From positions 1-64,000 of IMG/VR virus record IMGVR_UViG_3300028797_000005: a stretch of 64,000 nucleotides of DNA, one strand, 5' to 3'. This stretch comes from a virus (lineage: Duplodnaviria > Caudoviricetes). Below the pieces are notes generated by a model. That model was not told where the DNA came from, did not search any database, and saw only the letters and a list, made by a program, of their open reading frames with translations. The translations under genes and the position numbers were made by a program. This document shows positions 17,343 to 25,928 of this stretch, piece by piece; position 1 is the first letter of the stretch; each line of letters begins with the position of its first letter.

Positions 17343-17820
17343 TTTTCTTACCTTCTTTCGAGTTGAATTCTTTAATTTCCATGCCGTGATCCTTAAACCA
17401 AGCCTGCACCGGCCAGCGCTCGCTGCATGGATTATTAGGTGCTTCGTGAAAAATTAGGGCGAAATTAATATCATTTTTTATATCGTCTACCTTACTAAGT
17501 CTATTGGCGAGGTTATTAAAACGATCTAAAATTGCATTAAAATCATATGAATCTAATTGTTCACGATATTTTTTTAAGAAGGGACAATCTTCAGACTTAT
17601 ACTCGCACCCTTCTGGACCGTGGCATAAACCTTCGCAGGCTTTACCGGGCACAAAAGGCTCTGCGCGCAATCCATTAAAGATGCCTCTCTTATCTATGAA
17701 GATGTGTTTTTGTCCTTTATTGTCATGGAACCATGCGGGATCCCAGACAGCTGTAGATAAAGGATAAGTATTCTTAGGAAAGAATCTAATTTGATAAAAG
17801 TATGATGTATAGATTTTCAT
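17314..17820 (-). CDS. DUF488-like phage protein
   Basis: IYTSYF, Y.EQL, LIFHE....CSER. Confidence 0.6.
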   Translation of the reverse strand: MKIYTSYFYQIRFFPKNTYPLSTAVWDPAWFHDNKGQKHIFIDKRGIFNGLRAEPFVPGKACEGLCHGPEGCEYKSEDCPFLKKYREQLDSYDFNAILDRFNNLANRLSKVDDIKNDINFALIFHEAPNNPCSERWPVQAWFKDHGMEIKEFNSKEGKKNVIPKPDIW

Positions 17821-18533
17821 TATGCCCTTTCTAAATAAAAGTAATTATTTTCAATAATCATACAGGTAAGATAATACCAACTTGAATAAGTGTCAATATC
17901 AACCGATCCCTTTAATGGATATCTCCGACCATACTTTAAACGCTCTACTCTACCATATAATCCTGTTATTAAGCGTGGGTAAGTGTATGGCGTATGTCCC
18001 AATACTTGAAAGCCCGGATAATTAGAACCATACCAAGCACAAGAACGATCCCACATCCATTCTTTTTTATCGAATTGTTTAATATCTTCAAGATAACAGC
18101 CGGCATGAGAATAAAGAATACCATTCTCAAGTAAGTAAAAATCCTTAAAATATTTTCTTACAGTAGGAACCCATTTTTGCCAAGCATTATTAAAGTCTTC
18201 TTCATCTCCGTCTTTTAGAGAACAGTAATAACGACCAAATGAATAAATAGTTCTTTCACCACCATTATATTCAGGCCATGGTATCCAATCGCCATGTTTC
18301 ATTTTACTGATAAAAAGCTGCTCATGGTTGCCGCGAAGGAGAGTACATCTATCACCCATTGCATCTTTTAGGTTAACAAGATACATTAAGGTCGCATAAC
18401 TCTTAGGCCCTCTATCCATAGCATCGCCTAAAAAAATAAACCTATCTTCAGTAGGCTTAAAGTTAATCTTATCCATGAGTTCTATCATATTGTCATAGCA
18501 CCCATGTATATCTGTCATTACGATAGTCCTCAT
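17820..18533 (-). CDS. calcineurin-like metallophosphoesterase (Ser/Thr phosphatase family)
   Basis: DIHG, GDAMDRG, GNHE, HAG, GHTP; start moved to MRTIV because the longer ORF overlaps a tRNA. Confidence 0.9.
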   Translation of the reverse strand: MRTIVMTDIHGCYDNMIELMDKINFKPTEDRFIFLGDAMDRGPKSYATLMYLVNLKDAMGDRCTLLRGNHEQLFISKMKHGDWIPWPEYNGGERTIYSFGRYYCSLKDGDEEDFNNAWQKWVPTVRKYFKDFYLLENGILYSHAGCYLEDIKQFDKKEWMWDRSCAWYGSNYPGFQVLGHTPYTYPRLITGLYGRVERLKYGRRYPLKGSVDIDTYSSWYYLTCMIIENNYFYLERA

Positions 18534-18556
18534 ATTATCTTCCTTCCTAAATACTT

Positions 18557-18642
18557 TGGTGTGAGATAAGGGACTTGAACCCTTACGCCTAAAAGACACA
18601 GCGACCTCAACGCTGCCCGTCTGCCAATTCCGGCAATCTCAC
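18557..18642 (-). tRNA. tRNA-Leu(GAG)
   Basis: cloverleaf, long variable arm, CCA. Confidence 0.9.
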
Positions 18643-18643
18643 A

Positions 18644-18723
18644 TGGTGCGGAATGAGGGACTTGAACCCACACCCGAAGACATGATCCTAAATCATGCGC
18701 GTCTGCCATTCCGCCAATTCCGC
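18644..18723 (-). tRNA. tRNA-Leu(TAG)
   Basis: cloverleaf, CCA. Confidence 0.9.
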
Positions 18724-18724
18724 A

Positions 18725-18801
18725 TGGTGCTCAATGCAGGACTTGAACCTGCGACTTCCTCCTTGTAAGGGAGGCACTCGTCTCAGCTGAGTTAATTGAG
18801 C
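18725..18801 (-). tRNA. tRNA-Val(TAC)
   Basis: cloverleaf, CCA. Confidence 0.9.
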
Positions 18802-18802
18802 A

Positions 18803-18877
18803 TGGTGCAGTAGACAGGACTTGAACCTGCAACCTTCGCATTAAGAGTGCGCTCGTCTCCCATTGACATACTACTGC
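18803..18877 (-). tRNA. tRNA-Lys(CTT)
   Basis: cloverleaf, CCA. Confidence 0.88.
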
Positions 18878-18878
18878 A

Positions 18879-18954
18879 TGGTGCGCCAGAGAGGATTTGA
18901 ACCTCCGACTCACGCATTAAAAGTGCGTTGGTCTCACCACTGACCTACTGGCGC
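18879..18954 (-). tRNA. tRNA-Lys(TTT)
   Basis: cloverleaf, CCA. Confidence 0.9.
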
Positions 18955-18956
18955 AT

Positions 18957-19032
18957 TGGTGCTTCAGATAGGATTTGAACCTACACTTTACAAGGTTTGA
19001 GCTTGTTGCCTCTGCCGTTGGGCTACTGAAGC
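18957..19032 (-). tRNA. tRNA-Leu(CAA) with short variable arm
   Basis: loop CTCAAAC, CCA. Confidence 0.8.
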
Positions 19033-19034
19033 AT

Positions 19035-19110
19035 TGGTGCGCCATGCAAGAGTTGAACTCGCCACTCTCGGTCCGTAGCCGAGCGGTTTATTCCGATAGC
19101 CTAATGGCGC
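19035..19110 (-). tRNA. tRNA-Arg(ACG)
   Basis: loop CTACGGA, CCA. Confidence 0.88.
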
Positions 19111-19415
19111 ACAGTTATTAAAGAATTTTTTTCATCGGCAATAGCTACAAAACTAATAGAAATATTTGCTGTAACAGATTTTATAAATTGTAATTGACCA
19201 CACGAAATAGTTTCTTGTTGTAAATTAATTTCACCTAAATCTGGAAGTGCTTTTAAAGTTATTAAATATCCATCTTTCTTTAAAGTAAGGAATATTGGTT
19301 CCTTCTCATCAAAATTAATTGCAGACATATCATAATAAATTGTACCACAATATGGACATTTATCTAATCCAATTTCATATGGCGCACCACAATTAGGACA
19401 ATTCCTATTTTTCAT
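19101..19415 (-). CDS. zinc-ribbon protein
   Basis: CPNCG...CPYCG; RBS GAAAGGA before ATG 19415. Confidence 0.75.
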   Translation of the reverse strand: MKNRNCPNCGAPYEIGLDKCPYCGTIYYDMSAINFDEKEPIFLTLKKDGYLITLKALPDLGEINLQQETISCGQLQFIKSVTANISISFVAIADEKNSLITVRH

Positions 19416-19745
19416 TATAAAAATATCCTTTCTTAAAAATGTTCGGGCGTGCAGTTTCAATCACGCGCATCTCGGTTGGATTCAACGACTCGTAACTGGG
19501 GTAGCTTACGCGGATTTGTGTCTAGCATATAGCTTCTGTCCGTCCACCGCCGCCCTCTGTGGTGTCTCCCCACTGCTTTCCAACTTATGAGCTTTATTTT
19601 CTTCACGGCTTTTAATGCTTGCCTACCGAACCTAAATTAGCGAGGAAGAGTTGCGGATGGGTCGTCGGCCTCTTGCTACGGGTCTCTTTTAATACCTAAA
19701 TAGGATACCAACTCGCTAAAATAGTTTATTGTCTGTTTCCAGACA

Positions 19746-20150
19746 TGGTGCGGATAGTCGGAGTCGAACCGACACTCCCTAAGGGGAAACGGATTTTCTT
19801 ACTACTCCATGTTACCATGGCCGCAATTGCATTGTAGTCTGGACTATACCTTCACCTTATTAAGTGATACAAGGAATTAGTATCATTATCACGCTATCCT
19901 TTATTCAAGTCTTACGCTACCTTTATGACTTAACTTAGGTGTGTGCCATCTAGTCTCTACACATTTATAAATAGGTTATTGTTCCACTATCAACTACTTG
20001 CAGGGTCCTCTTACCCAAGCCTATTTAACTTAGCTCGGTATTGTCCTTTAAGGAGTTTCACCGAATTTGACACAATTCATTAAAGAGTTTCCAACTTTAA
20101 TGCTCAATTTTACATAAGTCCGTCGCTTCTGCCTATTTAGCCATATCCGC
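19746..20150 (-). tRNA. tRNA-Leu(TAA), split by group I intron (exons 20116-20150 and 19746-19797)
   Basis: joined exons give ACGGA-CTTAAAA-TCCGT with long variable arm. Confidence 0.88.
19798..20115 (-). mobile_element. ORF-less group I intron (trnL-UAA type)
   Basis: GGACTT^...TTGAGC guide, AAATTCGGTGAAAC, GTAGAGACT..ATAGTCC, terminal G before AAAATCC. Confidence 0.88.
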
Positions 20151-20256
20151 ATAATGCAGGCACAACCCTGCAAGCAAGGAATATTCCTTGGAGTTCCCCG
20201 ACTTAACCTATCAGGTGGTGGGTCGCTGCAGCGACACAGGGATTAAATTTTTGCTA

Positions 20257-20517
20257 CTATCTTAGAAAGTCAAACCAATCCCAGAAGAATGGGTTTGCAT
20301 CACGGATAGTAGTTTTGAAGCTACCGTAATCCTTCACAAACTTATTAAGCAAATCAGTTGCTTCTTTCTGCGCTTCACGCGCTTTTAGAAGGGCATCTTC
20401 AACTTCCTTCGCGCGAAGGGAACGCTGCTCTTTCGCAGTTGATAGAGCCTTTTCAGCTTCTACAAGTGCTTCCTCTGTGTCATAGACTTTCTTAGTTACT
20501 TCACTATAATACTTCAT
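20257..20517 (-). CDS. hypothetical coiled-coil phage protein
   Basis: ORF track, strong RBS. Confidence 0.8.
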   Translation of the reverse strand: MKYYSEVTKKVYDTEEALVEAEKALSTAKEQRSLRAKEVEDALLKAREAQKEATDLLNKFVKDYGSFKTTIRDANPFFWDWFDFLR

Positions 20518-20575
20518 ATGTATTCTCCTTGCCCACTCTTACATCTTGGGGCTTTCTGTATTTGGGATTTCTCCC

Positions 20576-20651
20576 TGGTGCGGGTGACACGACTTGAACG
20601 TGCGGCCACTAGTACCCAAAACTAGTGCTCTTCCAGCTGAGCTACACCCAC
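20576..20651 (-). tRNA. tRNA-Pro(TGG)
   Basis: cloverleaf, CCA. Confidence 0.88.
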
Positions 20652-20696
20652 ATATGCGGCTTAAGCCGCTTATCCGAATCGCATTGATTCGCTCTA

Positions 20697-21290
20697 TTAA
20701 TAAGACGCAATAAGTCTTACTTCCTGTCCATTCGCGAATGCTTCCTTAACAGCATCATTCGCATCGTACCAGCGCAACATCGCACGGGCATCCCATTCAT
20801 ATCCAAGATAAGGAGTTTCGTAGTTAAGGTCATCTACAAAATTCTGAAGATAATGATAATCCTTGCTATTGTAGTCATAATCTTCACCACAATCCCATAT
20901 CTCATCAAGGATACGATTGATTTTATTGAGGTCATAGTCTTTGAAATATTTGATAAATTCGTCCCAAACATCTTCAGTTACAGTATAGACCTCATCAAAA
21001 TCCTGATATTTGTCACATCTACCTCTGAAGAAGTTTGCAATACCCCAAGTCTTGCGGCCATAGGCAAGTTCTTCCCATACATATTCCCAAATATAACCGC
21101 CGCTTTCGAGATATTCGCCTCTCTCATAGGCGTCCGCAGAAGCCTCAATGGTAGGAATATCAAATTCCGGCACGGCAAGCTCAGCGTCTGCAGGAGAATC
21201 ATACTTAGCAACAGTAGACCAATTATCCATATATACCTGTTTGATAGGGTGCATACTATCACGAGTTTCAAGTATAAGGTCAAGTCCCAT
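20697..21290 (-). CDS. hypothetical acidic phage protein (MGLD N-terminus)
   Basis: ORF track. Confidence 0.75.
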   Translation of the reverse strand: MGLDLILETRDSMHPIKQVYMDNWSTVAKYDSPADAELAVPEFDIPTIEASADAYERGEYLESGGYIWEYVWEELAYGRKTWGIANFFRGRCDKYQDFDEVYTVTEDVWDEFIKYFKDYDLNKINRILDEIWDCGEDYDYNSKDYHYLQNFVDDLNYETPYLGYEWDARAMLRWYDANDAVKEAFANGQEVRLIASY

Positions 21291-21528
21291 TTTCTTCCAT
21301 TCCTTTCTTATTTACGATTTTTACAATACTCCAATTAGTGTAATCGTTCGTTTCAATAGTTTCATAATATTGAGAAAGTCCAAGACAATCTAAAAGATTA
21401 TTTGTAGCAGTTATTAAATTAGTTATATTCTGATGATATGCGCCGCCACAATCTGCACCATCGCATACTGCTTCTTCAATTAAATTATTGATAAGATTAA
21501 TAAGAGTAACGGACTCGATGGTAACCAC
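21280..21528 (-). CDS. hypothetical protein
   Basis: ORF track, promoter upstream. Confidence 0.65.
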   Translation of the reverse strand: MVTIESVTLINLINNLIEEAVCDGADCGGAYHQNITNLITATNNLLDCLGLSQYYETIETNDYTNWSIVKIVNKKGMEENGT

Positions 21529-21603
21529 AACATTTTCCTTTCTTCACTTTACTAATATAGTATATCATAAATCCTAAAATTTTTCAAATTTTAATTTTGT
21601 GTT

Positions 21604-21680
21604 TGGGTTGGTCGACAAGACTTGAACTTGCACCTTCTTGAGCCACAATCAAGCGCTCTACCAATTAAGCTACGACCAAC
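21604..21680 (-). tRNA. tRNA-His(GTG)
   Basis: G-1:C73 8-bp acceptor, CCA. Confidence 0.9.
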
Positions 21681-21755
21681 TGGTACCCGTGAGAGTAGTC
21701 GAAACTCCATTTACCGCTTAGAAGGCGGGTGCTCTTTCCGTTGAGCTACACGGGC
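21681..21755 (-). tRNA. tRNA-Arg(TCT), second divergent copy
   Basis: loop CTTCTAA, CCA. Confidence 0.85.
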
Positions 21756-21760
21756 AAATA

Positions 21761-21834
21761 TGGAGCGGCTAAGGGGTAACGATCCCCTTGCTTCACGTTG
21801 GCAACGTGATGTGTTTCCTTTATACCATAGCCGC
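21761..21834 (-). tRNA. tRNA-Gly(GCC)
   Basis: cloverleaf, U73, CCA. Confidence 0.85.
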
Positions 21835-21837
21835 ATC

Positions 21838-22023
21838 TTATTCAATAACTTGAGTATAAGTAATTTTTTCTCCTGTATCTCTATTGACAAAGTAAAGTTT
21901 TTGGAATTTTCCTTCAAAAATTTGTTGCGCTTCTTCGCTGGAAATGTAATATCCTATTTCATTTTTTTCCAAATCATGTCTAATAAGTTCTAAAGTTAAA
22001 TTTTCAGCATCAATTTTTTCCAT
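21838..22023 (-). CDS. hypothetical protein inserted between tRNAs
   Basis: ORF track, RBS AAGGAG. Confidence 0.7.
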   Translation of the reverse strand: MEKIDAENLTLELIRHDLEKNEIGYYISSEEAQQIFEGKFQKLYFVNRDTGEKITYTQVIE

Positions 22024-22044
22024 GTATTAACTCCTTAAAAAGAA

Positions 22045-22121
22045 TGGCACGGGCCGAGGGATTTGAACCCATCATCTTACGGTTTTGGGGACCGCCATTT
22101 TACCAATTAAACTAGACCCGC
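22045..22121 (-). tRNA. tRNA-Trp(CCA), C33
   Basis: loop CCCCAAA, G73, CCA. Confidence 0.85.
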
Positions 22122-22124
22122 ATA

Positions 22125-22217
22125 TGGCGCGGACGGTGGGATTTGAACCCACGCATCGGATTAAACCGATCTAACGCTTTAGCAGAGCGCCCTCTTTAGC
22201 CACTTGAGTACATCCGC
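22125..22217 (-). tRNA. tRNA-Ser(GCT)
   Basis: cloverleaf, long variable arm, CCA. Confidence 0.9.
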
Positions 22218-22218
22218 A

Positions 22219-22296
22219 TGGAGAGCAGTACAGGATTCGAACCTGTGAATTACTTGTTTTGCAAACAAGCCCAATCGACCACTCTGGCAACTGCCC
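22219..22296 (-). tRNA. tRNA-Cys(GCA)
   Basis: cloverleaf, U73, CCA. Confidence 0.88.
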
Positions 22297-22299
22297 ATA

Positions 22300-22381
22300 T
22301 GGTGGACCATGCGGGATTCGAACCCGCGTCTTCAGCAGTCCGCTTTGGGTTTAAGCTGAATCGAACGCCCATCGATGGCCC
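22300..22381 (-). ncRNA. mini-tmRNA-like RNA: tRNA-like domain only
   Basis: GGGCCAT..TTCGA-TTCAGC/GCTGAA-GAC-GCGGG-TTCGAAT-CCCGC-ATGGTCC-ACCA; G3-U70; no D stem, no anticodon, no tag ORF. Confidence 0.75.
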
Positions 22382-22404
22382 ATAAAAAGGTGATTGCTCA
22401 CCTT

Positions 22405-22569
22405 TTAATAATTTTCTTCTTCAATTTCATCTATTGCAATTAACAGCTCATCTGAAATATCACATAAACAACGATAACAGTAAGTGCCTACACTAGTTTC
22501 TCTAATCTCATTACCAGCATATATCTGACCACATTTCTCACAACGGATTCTGTCTTTATCGGGTGTCAA
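22405..22569 (-). CDS. small zinc-finger protein (54 aa, TTG start)
   Basis: read manually; GGAGG RBS; CEKC...CYRC. Confidence 0.6.
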   Translation of the reverse strand: MTPDKDRIRCEKCGQIYAGNEIRETSVGTYCYRCLCDISDELLIAIDEIEEENY

Positions 22570-22655
22570 TGTCTTGGCCTCCCGATTCTATCAACGACAA
22601 TCATTGTTAGCATACCTAGCATAATTCCTAAGGTAAGCCAAAAGGTGTTATCCAT
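22566..22655 (-). CDS. 29-aa membrane peptide
   Basis: read manually; AAGGAG RBS; MDNTFWLTLGIMLGMLTMIVV. Confidence 0.5.
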   Translation of the reverse strand: MDNTFWLTLGIMLGMLTMIVVDRIGRPRH

Positions 22656-22716
22656 GATTTACTCCTTACTCATTTTCTTAATTTATTATATATCATTTTT
22701 TAAAAAAATTCAAATT

Positions 22717-23511
22717 TTAAGATGGGTCAGATACTTCAAAAGTTAAAGAACGGACATATACTACAACAGGGGTATTTGCTGTATTATTTGAGGTAAAACT
22801 ACTTCCTTTAAAGCCTATTCTTAATGTTCCATCAACACATAATAATACTGCATTATCATCTAAAAGAGTAGGTGTTAATGAAGATGTACCATTAAGAAGA
22901 CCCCCTGGACTTCTAAAATCCCCTGTTATAGATACGTTAGAAATTTCTTGGTCAGATTTAATTGGAGCAGGTAATGGAATATTAATATATAACGCTGGAG
23001 AAGTCCCTGAACCAAAATAACCATAGGCAAACCATGGTTTAGTACTAGAGGCGCTTAAAGTAACTGTTTGATTCTCATATGGTACAGTAAGAATAGTTGG
23101 GTCAAATTTCCAAAAATAACTTCCTGCTGTATTATTTGTATAATCTCTTAAACCTATAACTTTGCTTCCTATATAAAGCCTAAGGCCTCCATCGGTTATA
23201 GGATTATTTGTAGTTCCAAAACCAAAATAATTTCCAAAAGTAGCATTATTAAAACCATTCCAATACGAAAAAGTATAAGGCGTTGATGTATTAGCTAATC
23301 CAAATGACCAATAAGTTTCAGGCGCTCCAGACCCACCAGAGGTAGGAGTCTGTACATAAATATGATCTAACTTGTCCTTTTCAGATGTAGCTATACTAAT
23401 AGCATTACTGGCGTTAATTGCAATACCGCCACCAGCTGATATTTTATACTCATATATTGAATTTAAATTTGTAACTAATCTAGTCACACCATTAGCATCA
23501 AGAAATGCCAT
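22717..23511 (-). CDS. putative fibre tip/receptor-binding protein
   Basis: FLDANGVTRL N-terminus, G/S/T-rich, cluster context. Confidence 0.6.
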   Translation of the reverse strand: MAFLDANGVTRLVTNLNSIYEYKISAGGGIAINASNAISIATSEKDKLDHIYVQTPTSGGSGAPETYWSFGLANTSTPYTFSYWNGFNNATFGNYFGFGTTNNPITDGGLRLYIGSKVIGLRDYTNNTAGSYFWKFDPTILTVPYENQTVTLSASSTKPWFAYGYFGSGTSPALYINIPLPAPIKSDQEISNVSITGDFRSPGGLLNGTSSLTPTLLDDNAVLLCVDGTLRIGFKGSSFTSNNTANTPVVVYVRSLTFEVSDPS

Positions 23512-23523
23512 TTATTTTCTCCT

Positions 23524-23925
23524 TTATACTAAATCCCAGCCGTATACACCTGGCTGCCAAACATTATTATCAACAATACTTATATAAATTGAACCTTGCT
23601 TATCAGGGTAGTATACCTTATCACCAGTTTGATAGGCATCTTGCGCGCCAGTAGGTTGTACCCATACTGGTATTTCTCCTGGCAAAGCTACTGGTGTAAA
23701 AAGAGCTGGAACCATGGGTGGCTCCCAACCATTTTGTGAAGTATGCGCTTGAACTACTCTATATAATACATTATCATATCTAATACGCTCATCAACAGTA
23801 TAGTCAACTCCAGCTTGCCATAAAGGATAAAGTTCTATGGCCGCGAGGGCATCTGTATCAGATAAACTTGTAGCTGCTTTTTCTATAATTTTTCTTAATA
23901 AAATTGCCTTTCTACGAGTAATCAT
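23524..23925 (-). CDS. carbohydrate-binding (CBM5/12-like) tail accessory protein
   Basis: W.AGVDY..DERIRY..LYRVVQAHTSQ..W.P; WVQPTGAQDAY..GDKV. Confidence 0.75.
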   Translation of the reverse strand: MITRRKAILLRKIIEKAATSLSDTDALAAIELYPLWQAGVDYTVDERIRYDNVLYRVVQAHTSQNGWEPPMVPALFTPVALPGEIPVWVQPTGAQDAYQTGDKVYYPDKQGSIYISIVDNNVWQPGVYGWDLV

Positions 23926-24146
23926 AACTGTTCTCCTAAAAGTATACGCATAGCTTCTTCAGGGTCAATTTGTTCTTCATCCTCTTGAATTGGAATTAAT
24001 TCTCCTTCAGTATAAGTGCGTTCTATACCTACAGGATGGTAAGCTTCTTCATATACAGCCCCATCACAAACAATATAACGGCTTTCATCAGAATAAACAT
24101 ATACATAAGTAGTCCCTTTAATTATTCTTTCTTCAGTTTTAATCAT
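23922..24146 (-). CDS. small tail-fibre accessory/chaperone-like protein
   Basis: context. Confidence 0.55.
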   Translation of the reverse strand: MIKTEERIIKGTTYVYVYSDESRYIVCDGAVYEEAYHPVGIERTYTEGELIPIQEDEEQIDPEEAMRILLGEQL

Positions 24147-24148
24147 TT

Positions 24149-25918
24149 TTATTCACCCACCATTTGAGAAGCATAAGTTGACCAGTTATCTGCAGTTTTG
24201 TATGTGTTAAGCGATGCTGACGGAACATAAAAAACTGCGTTAGGCGATATACTAGAAAAAGCATTTACATTTGATAATGTAGGCGGGTTAGTTGCTTTTA
24301 TATGAATGGCTGCAAGGCCATAACAACAATAAAAAGCTTGAGCCTCAATGGTAGTAATAGAAGATGATAATGTTATAGAAGATAAAGCTCTACAATAACT
24401 AAAAGCACCGCTCTTAATTGTTGTTATATTAGAAGGAATAGTTATTTTCCTTAATGAATAACAGTAACTAAACGCATTAGCTCCTAATGTTGTAACAGTA
24501 GTTGTTGTTGGTAATTCTATATTAGTTAATGAGTAACATGATTGGCAAAAACCTGTAGAACTAGCACTATTTAATTTAGATAAATTAATAGACTGTAAGC
24601 TATAACATGCAGCAAAAGCGTTATTACCAATACTAGTAATTTTTGACGTGTTAATTGAACTAAAATGACAATAACCTAAACCACCAGTCCCAATAGTAGT
24701 AATATTATTTAAATCTATGCTCGTTAACCAAGTAGCTCCATAAAAAGCATAATCTCCCATTTGTGTTACTGTATTAGGCATTCCATTTATTGCAGTAATA
24801 TCTTGTTGTGAACGACAAAGACTTGCAGGAATAGTAGTAGCATTACTTTCTAAAAGACTAGACATATTAATTTCATTCTTTTTAATTATAAAATTTTTAC
24901 TTTTTGCAAATCCAACTCTTTTGGCTCTAAAAGGATAATTCGATAAAGATAAGGCTGAAACGTTCATATATGAGTTTATACCTATTGATATAGATGTTAA
25001 ATTAACAGTATTATCAAATATAGCACCAACACTAGAAATTTCTTTTGGAAAAGACATATATTTTAAATTATAACAACTACTAGTTGCAGAATTATTTACT
25101 GCATAACTACTTTGTTTTGGAAAAATCATAGCTATTAAATTATAACAATTATAAAAAGTATTACCGCCTACAGTATTCGTAGAGCCGATTGAGACCGCTT
25201 TTAAATTAACTAGATAAGCACACCCATAAGACCCAATAGCAATATTCGAACCAAGTCGTATATAATTAACTGCTGATGAATATACATAATTATAATTAAG
25301 ACTAGTATTCTGTGCATTTAATAATGGATAGGTACTACTTCCAAGTAATGCTAAAGTTCCACTATCAATACTAATTTTTATTGTATAATTTCCTGGAGCA
25401 GAATAATTATGCTGTGTTCTAACTTGAGTAGTTAAACTACTTCCAGTAACAGTGCTAGTTGTTCCATCACCCCATTCTACTGTACAAGTCCCTTTTGGTC
25501 CAAGGGCTAAGTATGGACTCAATGCACCTTCAAGTAATTCAATATCAATTTCTGTTTTTCCAGAAGATGTATGATACATCTGTCCTACATCTAAAATACC
25601 ACAAGCTTCAACTTGTTCTTTTGCGTCTGCTAATGTCCAGTTCCACCCTTCGGCAACTAATCCAGTATGACTTGGATTAGCAGGTAAAGCCTCTAAGGCA
25701 AGAAATTCCTCAGCACTATAACTATATAATATTGTCCCATCATAATCAATAAATCTAACCGCATCAGCTGGAGGTAATTCTGTGCCGCTAATCTTTCCTA
25801 TCTCCGTAGCAAATTGACTAGGATACATAGTTGCTGATTTACCTGTTTTAGCCCTAATAGCATCAGCAGTATTTTGTAGAGTAATTTCATCTACTGTTAC
25901 ATAACTTGCTCTTGACAT
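24149..25918 (-). CDS. BspA-type leucine-rich-repeat fibre/adhesin protein
   Basis: repeated ITTI...AF..C..L..I units; VEWGDG PKD-like domain. Confidence 0.85.
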   Translation of the reverse strand: MSRASYVTVDEITLQNTADAIRAKTGKSATMYPSQFATEIGKISGTELPPADAVRFIDYDGTILYSYSAEEFLALEALPANPSHTGLVAEGWNWTLADAKEQVEACGILDVGQMYHTSSGKTEIDIELLEGALSPYLALGPKGTCTVEWGDGTTSTVTGSSLTTQVRTQHNYSAPGNYTIKISIDSGTLALLGSSTYPLLNAQNTSLNYNYVYSSAVNYIRLGSNIAIGSYGCAYLVNLKAVSIGSTNTVGGNTFYNCYNLIAMIFPKQSSYAVNNSATSSCYNLKYMSFPKEISSVGAIFDNTVNLTSISIGINSYMNVSALSLSNYPFRAKRVGFAKSKNFIIKKNEINMSSLLESNATTIPASLCRSQQDITAINGMPNTVTQMGDYAFYGATWLTSIDLNNITTIGTGGLGYCHFSSINTSKITSIGNNAFAACYSLQSINLSKLNSASSTGFCQSCYSLTNIELPTTTTVTTLGANAFSYCYSLRKITIPSNITTIKSGAFSYCRALSSITLSSSITTIEAQAFYCCYGLAAIHIKATNPPTLSNVNAFSSISPNAVFYVPSASLNTYKTADNWSTYASQMVGE

Positions 25919-25928
25919 CTATGTCCTC

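Noticed and set aside
13662-22300. Many ORF-track entries over the tRNA arrays, and N-terminal extensions of 11170..12168, 15601..16251 and 17820..18599
   Set aside because: They overlap clear tRNA or intron structures and lack RBSs; spurious.
11986-22381. Stop-codon recoding or suppressor tRNA
   Set aside because: No CTA, TTA or TCA anticodon; long genes are intact in code 11 and end in all three stops. The 18957 tRNA loop centres on CAA, not TCA.
13727-22381. Theta/HDV-like ribozymes at tRNA 3' ends
   Set aside because: No nested double pseudoknot recognised after any tRNA; all tRNAs encode CCA. An RNArobo/Infernal search would be decisive.
15203-22381. The two Ala-type RNAs as halves of a permuted two-piece tmRNA
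   Set aside because: Each has its own complete acceptor stem and CCA; no tag-coding piece was identified.
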